DNA of 64,000 bases, taken from positions 10,442 to 74,441 of the forward strand of contig CAJXRZ010000022.1 of NCBI GenBank assembly GCA_913060515.1, given 5' to 3'. Below, one piece after another: positions 57,325 through 64,000 of this stretch (the first letter of the stretch is position 1; every line of letters starts with the position of its first letter). The stretch is from an uncultured Pseudomonadota bacterium. GTDB lineage: Bacteria > Myxococcota_A > UBA796 > CAJQPC01. The notes under the pieces were generated by a model. It ran no database searches, was not told the DNA's origin, and saw only the letters and a list, made by a program, of their open reading frames with translations. The translations under genes were made by a program, and so were the position numbers.

Positions 57325-57857
57325 ACGCCCCCCAGAGTCCTTCGATTGACCCCGAGCGTCTGCTCTCTCCCGCTGTAGGGAGCTGGTGGCCCGCGCTCGC
57401 TGGCGGCGCCCTTGTCCAGCCTGGTGTGCTCTTGGGCCACATCGACCGCTTGGGCACCCGCCTTGCCGTTCATGCTGGCCAGGCCACTGGGCAGGTTCGC
57501 GAGCTGCGCCCGGTCGGTCCGGTCCAATACGGCGAGGTCTTGATCTCCCTGGGCGCTCTGGCTGAAGGGGTCGCCAGCGCAGGCGCCACAGATGCCGTGA
57601 CCAAGAGCACGGAGGGTCTTGTGGCCATCACCGCCCCGATGGCTGGAACGGTGTATCTGGCGCCTTCCCCCGGAGAGCCGCCCTTCGCAGCCAAGGACAG
57701 CCGCGTGGAGCGCTTGGGACGGGTAGCCCTGCTCGAGGTCATGAAGACCTTCACGCCCATCTCTTCCACAGTCTCTGGCACGCTGGAGCGCTTCGCCTGT
57801 GTGGATGGGGATGCGGTCAGCGCAGGGGATCCCGTCGCGTGGATTCGTCCTGACTGA
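57315..57857 (+). CDS. accB: biotin carboxyl carrier protein with tandem biotinyl-like domains
   Basis: [20 protein letters not shown] and LEVMKT biotinylation site. Confidence 0.88.
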   Translation: MPLNAPQSPSIDPERLLSPAVGSWWPALAGGALVQPGVLLGHIDRLGTRLAVHAGQATGQVRELRPVGPVQYGEVLISLGALAEGVASAGATDAVTKSTEGLVAITAPMAGTVYLAPSPGEPPFAAKDSRVERLGRVALLEVMKTFTPISSTVSGTLERFACVDGDAVSAGDPVAWIRPD

Positions 57858-57869
57858 TATCCTGTGTCC

Positions 57870-58874
57870 ATGAAGAACCTCAGCTCTCTCCTGCTCGGTC
57901 TGACCCTCATGGGTGGGGCTGCCATCAGCTCTGGCGTTGCACACGCGGAGTGCGAGGCCGCCTACACCTCCGATGCGATGCTCGGAGACATCCAGGTGAT
58001 GGCCACCTCGCTGCAGGCCAAGGACGCCGCCACCCTCAAGAGCCGCGGTGAGGTCCTGCAGGCCGGCTTGGTCTGCCTGCGCGAGCCAATGCCCCCAGCG
58101 CTCTACGCCACCGTGTACCGGATGCTGGGTGTGGCGGCCTTTGAGAACGGTGATCCCAAGCTGGCCGATCAGTGGTTTCACACGGCCCTGGAGTTGGACC
58201 CGACCCACGAGTGGGACATTGCAGATGTGCCGCCCGGGACACCGCTGTTCCAGGCCTACGCGGCCGCTGGCCGAGTGAGCACAGCGTCCACGCCGATCGA
58301 AGGCATGGTCCTCAACGCCCCAGCAGGTTCAAAGCTGCTCATCGACGGTCGCCCACTGGAAGAGGCTGCCGCCACTCCGGGGCGCTTCCACTTGATTCAG
58401 CAGGTGAGCACCAGCAACGGCGCAGTGCGCGCCAGTTGGTTGGTGATGGGCAACGAGCTTCCTGCGCAGCTGCTCATGGAGCAGAGCTTGTCCCGGAACG
58501 AGGTCAAGGAACAGGAAGAGGAAGCGGACAACGGCAAGAGGCGCCGCAAAGACGATGAGGTCTTGGCTGGCGGCTACACCGAGAGCGAGGTGACCTCGGT
58601 TGCCCGTGAGCGCCCTCGGGCGAAGATCCCACTCTTGGCTGCTGGAGGCGTGGGTCTTCTGGCGGCGGGCGGAATCTATGCCGCTTCCTTTGCGACCGAG
58701 GGTCAGTTCAACGAGGCCACGACGACAGAGGACTTGTTGGCTGCACAGCAGCTCACCAACACCCTGGTGATCGCCAGCGGCGGCGCCCTTCTGATGGGCG
58801 CTGGCGTAGGCGTCTGGGGTGTGGTGATCGACGACGGCGGGACCCCTGGTCTGTGGGCCCTGCCGCCGGAGTGA
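57870..58874 (+). CDS. exported hypothetical protein with C-terminal hydrophobic segments
   Basis: Canonical signal peptide ending VAHA; TPR-like helix; LLIDGRP (PEGA-like); two Gly-rich hydrophobic C-terminal stretches. Confidence 0.65.
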   Translation: MKNLSSLLLGLTLMGGAAISSGVAHAECEAAYTSDAMLGDIQVMATSLQAKDAATLKSRGEVLQAGLVCLREPMPPALYATVYRMLGVAAFENGDPKLADQWFHTALELDPTHEWDIADVPPGTPLFQAYAAAGRVSTASTPIEGMVLNAPAGSKLLIDGRPLEEAAATPGRFHLIQQVSTSNGAVRASWLVMGNELPAQLLMEQSLSRNEVKEQEEEADNGKRRRKDDEVLAGGYTESEVTSVARERPRAKIPLLAAGGVGLLAAGGIYAASFATEGQFNEATTTEDLLAAQQLTNTLVIASGGALLMGAGVGVWGVVIDDGGTPGLWALPPE

Positions 58875-58894
58875 TGAAGCTTGGTCCCCCGAAC

Positions 58895-59476
58895 TCAGCT
58901 CTGAGGGCGCTCCCAGAGGTACTCAGGCTCACCCAATTCTTGCGCAGCCCAGCGGCCGAGCACGAAGAGGAAGTCTGAGAGGCGGTTGACGTAGCGCATC
59001 GGGCCTGTGCCGATCTCGCCGTCCTCTTCCATCAAGGTCAGGATTCGCCGTTCCGCCCGGCGGCAGACCGTTCGCGCCTGGTGCATGAATGCGCCGACTG
59101 GACCGCCGCCCGGGAGAATGAACTCGGTGAGGGGGCCCACGTCGGCATTCAGCTTGTCGATCCACTGCTCGAGGCGCTCGATGTCGGAGTCGCCGATCCG
59201 GTACATTCCTTCCCAGCGGGAATCGGCGGGGGTAGCCAAGTCGCTCCCCAGGTTGAAAAGATCGTTCTGGATCTTGTGAAGCATTGTGTCGATCTCGGCT
59301 GCGCGTTCTCCCTCACCAGATTTGTTGAAGGTTCTGGCCAGCCCCAGGATCGCATTTAGTTCATCTGTTGTGCCGTAGGCTTCGATGCGGACGTGGTTCT
59401 TGGGGACCCGCTTGCCCCCGACCAAGCTGGTTTGTCCTTTGTCTCCACCGCGGGTGTAGACCTTGGTGATGCGCAT
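58895..59476 (-). CDS. cob(I)yrinic acid a,c-diamide adenosyltransferase, PduO type
   Basis: KVYTRGGDKGQTSL, AYGTTDELN, FILPGG, RTVCRRAER and NRLSDFLF motifs. Confidence 0.95.
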   Translation of the reverse strand: MRITKVYTRGGDKGQTSLVGGKRVPKNHVRIEAYGTTDELNAILGLARTFNKSGEGERAAEIDTMLHKIQNDLFNLGSDLATPADSRWEGMYRIGDSDIERLEQWIDKLNADVGPLTEFILPGGGPVGAFMHQARTVCRRAERRILTLMEEDGEIGTGPMRYVNRLSDFLFVLGRWAAQELGEPEYLWERPQS

Positions 59477-59526
59477 GTCGTTCATCCTGAGTTGTGTTGC
59501 TCGGTTAGGGTACGTCCCCCACAGAG

Positions 59527-60357
59527 GTGCGCGTGCTGTTGAACATCCAAGGACTGAGAAGCTCCGACGGACTGACCTTGTCGATCCTTTGCCAGGACGT
59601 TGTCCGTCAACCACTGGTCGAGATCGCTCCAGTGACGGTCTGTGACCTTCTACAGTTGGCCGTTACCGACGGTCTCCCGGTGCAACTTCGTCAGGATCTG
59701 GAGCGCTTTGCGCCTCAGATGATCCGCGAAATTGGCGACCTGCCTGACACCCTGTTTCCGAGCTTCATGAAGGAGCTGGAGAAGCTGCCCGCGGAGCACG
59801 TGCCTGCCGCGGTGCGCCAGGCCGTCTCTGCTCGCGCCGAGACTGGAAAGTCCGTTCCCAAAATCAAGGCCGCCTGGGATGAGCTCTTGCCATTCTGGGT
59901 CGGATCCGAGATCGAGACGATCGATCTTGGGGCCTCCTCCAGTCAGGTGAAGGTCAAGGAATTTGATGTTCCTGACTCTCACAAGGCTCCAGACGAGCGC
60001 AAGCACAAGCCCCGTGCACGCAAGAAGGCTGCAGCCACTGGAGATGCCAGCACGGACGCTCCAGGCGCCAAGCCTGCCCCGCGTGCTGCGGCCCGTGACT
60101 CCTACACCGCTCGTATGCGCAACCCGCAGCGTCCTGAACGGGACCCTGCACGCGCCAGTTGGCTGCGTAAGGCGCTCTTGGAGCGCTTGGGCAACGCCAG
60201 CGGCGGCATCAAGCAGGCTCTGCTTGTCGCCGGCATGCTGCGTCGCAGCGAGTGGGCCGACATGGCTCCGGACGAGGTCGTCTCGGCTCTGCGTAGCCTG
60301 GACAAGGAAGGCCGCGTCAAGCTGAGCGCCGGTCGTTGGTCCAAGCTGGGCCGCTGA
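59527..60357 (+). CDS. hypothetical protein with possible C-terminal winged helix
   Basis: Typical codon usage; basic linker; DEVVSALRSLDKEGRVKLSAGRW C-terminus. Confidence 0.6.
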   Translation: MRVLLNIQGLRSSDGLTLSILCQDVVRQPLVEIAPVTVCDLLQLAVTDGLPVQLRQDLERFAPQMIREIGDLPDTLFPSFMKELEKLPAEHVPAAVRQAVSARAETGKSVPKIKAAWDELLPFWVGSEIETIDLGASSSQVKVKEFDVPDSHKAPDERKHKPRARKKAAATGDASTDAPGAKPAPRAAARDSYTARMRNPQRPERDPARASWLRKALLERLGNASGGIKQALLVAGMLRRSEWADMAPDEVVSALRSLDKEGRVKLSAGRWSKLGR

Positions 60358-60401
60358 GCTGCTTTTCGGGGCAGGCCTAAGGGCTACCCCCTTCTGCAAC
60401 A

Positions 60402-60447
60402 GCAAACAGCGCCATCGCCCTTCAGGGTGGTGGCGCTGTTTGCGTTT
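60402..60447 (+). terminator. long hairpin terminator
   Basis: GCAAACAGCGCCATCGCCC-TTCA-GGGTGGTGGCGCTGTTTGC followed by GTTT. Confidence 0.7.
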
Positions 60448-60468
60448 GAGATGCACGCGGTACTAGCC

Positions 60469-60505
60469 AAAACAAAGAAGCTGGCGGACCAGGTCCGCCA
60501 GCTTC
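60469..60505 (-). terminator. terminator of AgmX/PglI-like gene
   Basis: Minus strand GAAGCTGGCGGAC-CTG-GTCCGCCAGCTTC-TTTGTTTT. Confidence 0.8.
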
Positions 60506-60598
60506 AGGGCCACACTGCTGTTGTGTTCAAGAATTGTCCGAAGCAGACCCCATGCCGACCTGGTCAGTCCTTGAACGGCGGCCCTCGCACGCCAGGGC

Positions 60599-61966
60599 TC
60601 ATCCCGGCGCGAAGAGGAAGGGGTAGGAGACGATGACGATGCCCTCGCCCTTGGGGGCTGGGAACTTCAGCTTCATCATGGTCTTGTTCAGGCAGCCCTC
60701 GACCGCGCTGTTGGAGACCGAGCTGACCTTGGTCTTCGCCGCGCTGACCTGACCATCCTTGGCGATGGTGAACTTGACGGTCACCTTGCCGCCCAGGTTG
60801 GGGTTCTTGGTCAGCTCACGCTGGTAGCAGTAGCGAAACTTGCTCAGGTTGCGCTTGATGACCGCGTCCACCTGGCTGCGGTCCAGGGAGCCCAAGATGA
60901 TGGTCTCCTTCTGGGTCGGCAGCGACATGGTGGCCTTGGTGCCAAGGCCTTGGCCTTCGTAGTCGCGCAGTCCGTTGCCGGTTCCGCGTACGCCGGTGCC
61001 CATGTTCACGCTGCCAATCTCACCGCCTCCGCCGGGTCCTCCGCCAAAGTTGGAGAAGCCGCCCACGCCGATCTGCACGCCCTTGGGGCCACTGTTGGAG
61101 CCAAGGGCTTGGCCCAGTCCGGCGTCCAAGCCGCCGCCCATCATCGCCGCGATGCCGCTGTCCTGCATGGCGCCCAGCAAGCCGCTGTTGCTGGCGATGT
61201 CCCGGTCACGCTCACGCCCCTGGATGGGGTTGCCCTTGGCGTTCTTTATGCGCGCTTCCTTGCGGCCAACGCGTCCGGCTTCGCCTTCGTGCTTGGCGCC
61301 TTCCTTGTCGGCGGCCGGGGTGGACTTGATCTGGGTCTTGGGCTCCTCTGGCGGGTTCAAGAAGATCTGAGCCACCGCGTCACTGACCTCGACGGTGGAG
61401 ACGTTCTGGGTAGCTGGCGCGTTCCAGGCCAGCACACCGAGCATGGCAGCCATGAAGGCCGAGAAGGCCGTCACGCCGATGAAGGGCACATCCAACTTCT
61501 GCTTGGCCACGACCTTTCGGGCGGCGCTGACCTGACGAACCACCAGGGTGAACTCGCCGGCGATGGCGATGAGCTGGGTGCCTTCGCTCAGCTCGACCTC
61601 GATGCTGTCTCCCAGGTCGATGACGCCTTCCGAGAGATTGTGGGTCCAGCTTGGGTCCAGGTGTACCCGCACGCTGCCGTGGTCGCTGGAGATGAGCGGC
61701 TGGTCCTCTTCCACCTTGGGGAGAGGGTGTTGCAGGTCGCCCACGGTGAAGGAGGCATCTTCTGCGTTGAGGTGATGCAGCTCCATCAAGGTCGGGCCCC
61801 AGCACAAGGCCAGCTCCACCCGCTGTCCCTTGGAAGCATCTTCTCCCAAGGTGCCGCGGCCTGCGCCGCTGCTGGTGAGCAAGCCCATGGGGTCGGATGC
61901 ACCCATCAGCTCGTTTTGAAATTCGGAGACAGAGCTCCCCTGCACGCTGGGATCAAGCGTCTTCAC
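60599..61966 (-). CDS. AgmX/PglI C-terminal (TonB-C-like) domain protein, GltG-like
   Basis: TM, Gly-rich linker, GSLDRSQVDAVIKRN..FRYCYQRELTKNPNLGGKVTVKFTI...FPAPKGEGIVIVSYPFLF; start inferred at GTG 61966. Confidence 0.88.
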   Translation of the reverse strand: MKTLDPSVQGSSVSEFQNELMGASDPMGLLTSSGAGRGTLGEDASKGQRVELALCWGPTLMELHHLNAEDASFTVGDLQHPLPKVEEDQPLISSDHGSVRVHLDPSWTHNLSEGVIDLGDSIEVELSEGTQLIAIAGEFTLVVRQVSAARKVVAKQKLDVPFIGVTAFSAFMAAMLGVLAWNAPATQNVSTVEVSDAVAQIFLNPPEEPKTQIKSTPAADKEGAKHEGEAGRVGRKEARIKNAKGNPIQGRERDRDIASNSGLLGAMQDSGIAAMMGGGLDAGLGQALGSNSGPKGVQIGVGGFSNFGGGPGGGGEIGSVNMGTGVRGTGNGLRDYEGQGLGTKATMSLPTQKETIILGSLDRSQVDAVIKRNLSKFRYCYQRELTKNPNLGGKVTVKFTIAKDGQVSAAKTKVSSVSNSAVEGCLNKTMMKLKFPAPKGEGIVIVSYPFLFAPG

Positions 61967-62143
61967 ATCACACCTCTTGGGTCGCGTTCGGTGGCCTCGG
62001 GTCATGCCCCTTGGCTCTGATGACTACGACCACGGCGCGACGAAGCGGTTCGTCAAGAGTGGCTTGACGCGCTGTCAGGGATGCTTTGCAAACTTCAGGG
62101 AACCCCAGTGCTTTGGGGTGGTCGAAGCCGCGAGAACGGCCGC

Positions 62144-64000
62144 CTACTCCTCAACGCCCTCGTTGGGATCGACCGGCTCCTCTTCCATAAAGGGGGCCAC
62201 ACCCGGAGGCGTCCAGCCGCTGCCGTCCAAGTCCAAGTAGATGGGGTTGCTCAGGGCGTAGGGAACCACTGGGCTGGTGCGTGGGGCTGGGGGTAGGGGA
62301 GAGAGCAGGCCTGAGAGGGCCTCTACGCCACCCAGGGCCTCGGTCACGACTTCCTGAAGGGCCACGGGCTCGTAAAGCACAGGCGTGAAGAGAGGCTCCA
62401 AGCTGTCGCTTCCCGTGGCGACCATGACGTACCAGGAGTCTTTCTCTGGGGTGTCCGTGAAGATCTCGGAGAGGTTGAGCACGTCGGCGTTGGGCTGCTC
62501 GATCTCGAAGACCTGAATCAGCTCGGCGTTCCGGTAGAGCTCCACCCGCTCCACGTTGAACCAAGAGGGGCTCTGAACTTCCAACTCCAGCTCGATGCTG
62601 CTGCCCGTGACGGTGTCACCCATCGTGGCCTCGCCGCCGTCTGCGGTGAAGCGGAGGAAGGGACCGTAGGAGGCAAAGACATGTCCATCCCGAACCGCCT
62701 GGGCCATCTCCACGGGGTCAATGTAGGCGGGCTCGTCCGTGCTCGAGGCCACGAAGTTGCGTGGGCAGCCGCTCTCTACACCGGTGGTCCCGTGGGTGTC
62801 CGAGTTGCCCAAAGCGGTGATCTGGAAGCCCATGTTCAAGAGCGCGAACCAGTCGTCGATCTGCCCGTGCAGGCCGTACCCGAGCTGGTAGACGCCATCG
62901 TTCAGGTCATCCTGCTCGGCCAAGGTGCGCTCGATGATCTCCTGAGCTGTGGTGCTCTCGTCCGCCGCGTACGCGTCCAGCTCCGGCTGGGTGGGGGTGC
63001 GCAGGAAGTCGTAGCGCTTGCCGTTCATCAACTCCAAGGCGTCGAAGTCCAAGGTGAAGTTGTCGGAGCTGGTCAGGGGGTTGGTGATCTTCAGAAGGCC
63101 ATCCTCCACCCGCGGATCCGCTACATCGCCACCGTAGGGTCTAAAGCCCATCTGGTCGAAATACCCCAGGATTCCGTCACGGGGGTGGGCCACGAAGGTG
63201 ACCGGTTCGATGGTCCCATCGCCCAGGGCACGCAGCTCACCCAGCATCTGGGCTGGGCTCTCACCGCTCCAGTCAAAGGCCCCCCCGGACTCAGCCAGGT
63301 AGTCGTGGGCCAGGGGGAAGGCGATGTAGTGACCGACCTCGACCGTGGTGACCTCGAGTCCAACTGCGCTGCTGATCCAGGGCTCCATGCCCATGTCTTG
63401 AATCACCGGCCGATAGTCGGCGATGAAGTCGTGATCGCTGGAGATCATAAACTCCACATGCTCGCTGGCCATGGTGCCGACGCGGTCGTGCAGGTTGACC
63501 CCGGAGTCGTGGGAGGGGTTGGCGTGAACGTGGAAGTCGGCGCTCACCCAGCCGCTGGTGTCTACGCTGCGAAGGACTTGAAAGTCGGCCTGGCCGTGTT
63601 CGCCGGAGCGCAGGATGATCTCGGCCACGTCCAGCTCGTACTCCATGCCACGGGTGGCATAGGCCACGTAGTCCCCAGGGGGAAGCTCGATGTCCTTGGC
63701 GCCATAGGGCAGGAAGACCACCGCTTCGGGCTCTCCGGCGATGTAGCCATCCCCCAACACGGGATCCCGCACGATGGGCTCGCCATCGGCGCGGAAGATG
63801 CTGAGCTTGCTTGGAACCCGCATGCCCGTCTCGTCGACCACCTCGACGCTGAGGGTCGCGCTGGAGGGAATCACGGGGTTGAGGTGAAGCTCGCCCCCTT
63901 CGGTCACGGTGATTGGGATGCGGGTGCCGGTTCCGTGCCGCGCATCGTGCACCTGGAGCTCCCAGTCGCCGACCGGCAGGCTGCCGCCAAAGGAGCCGTC
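62144..64000 (-). CDS. CehA/McbA-family PHP metallohydrolase (5' end outside window)
   Basis: ADFHVHANPSHDS, SSDHD, GLEVTT..GHY, VAHPRDG, ELMNG and GNSDTHG motifs. Confidence 0.85.
   Translation of the reverse strand, partial: DGSFGGSLPVGDWELQVHDARHGTGTRIPITVTEGGELHLNPVIPSSATLSVEVVDETGMRVPSKLSIFRADGEPIVRDPVLGDGYIAGEPEAVVFLPYGAKDIELPPGDYVAYATRGMEYELDVAEIILRSGEHGQADFQVLRSVDTSGWVSADFHVHANPSHDSGVNLHDRVGTMASEHVEFMISSDHDFIADYRPVIQDMGMEPWISSAVGLEVTTVEVGHYIAFPLAHDYLAESGGAFDWSGESPAQMLGELRALGDGTIEPVTFVAHPRDGILGYFDQMGFRPYGGDVADPRVEDGLLKITNPLTSSDNFTLDFDALELMNGKRYDFLRTPTQPELDAYAADESTTAQEIIERTLAEQDDLNDGVYQLGYGLHGQIDDWFALLNMGFQITALGNSDTHGTTGVESGCPRNFVASSTDEPAYIDPVEMAQAVRDGHVFASYGPFLRFTADGGEATMGDTVTGSSIELELEVQSPSWFNVERVELYRNAELIQVFEIEQPNADVLNLSEIFTDTPEKDSWYVMVATGSDSLEPLFTPVLYEPVALQEVVTEALGGVEALSGLLSPLPPAPRTSPVVPYALSNPIYLDLDGSGWTPPGVAPFMEEEPVDPNEGVEE

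Noticed and set aside
62016..62050. Hammerhead-like CTGATGA...CGAAG
   Set aside because: No stem II and GAAA core absent
1..64000. CRISPR arrays, IS elements, prophage or defence systems
   Set aside because: No repeat-spacer arrays, transposases, phage genes or recognisable defence domains seen

Overview
GC-rich, densely coding bacterial chromosome segment with about 62 CDS and 2 tRNAs. No CRISPR array, IS element, integrase or prophage is visible. A MYXO-CTERM-like tail, an AgmX/PglI (GltG-like) TonB-C protein, an orphan DnaK paralog and the gene content point to Myxococcota or a related delta-proteobacterial lineage (inference). Core genes include holA, rpsT, rpsU, ugd-lepA-lepB-pyrR-pyrB-pyrC-greA-recG, mutY, coaD, glmS, lgt, an acyl-CoA carboxylase operon and a PduO-type adenosyltransferase. 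Main observations: (1) about a dozen exported proteins and lipoproteins have ultra-short (7-16 aa) signal peptides with no Lys/Arg n-region, alongside a strongly diverged Lgt, suggesting non-canonical export or lipidation; (2) several intact but motif-eroded apparent pseudoenzymes (RecG, PyrC, a metallophosphoesterase); (3) a BPI/LBP(TULIP)-like MYXO-CTERM protein; (4) an ECHDC1-like crotonase; (5) a paralogous pair of FHA-like/TM/TPR proteins; (6) a candidate pseudoknotted 3'-UTR RNA. All family calls come from motif recognition by eye; no database search was run.
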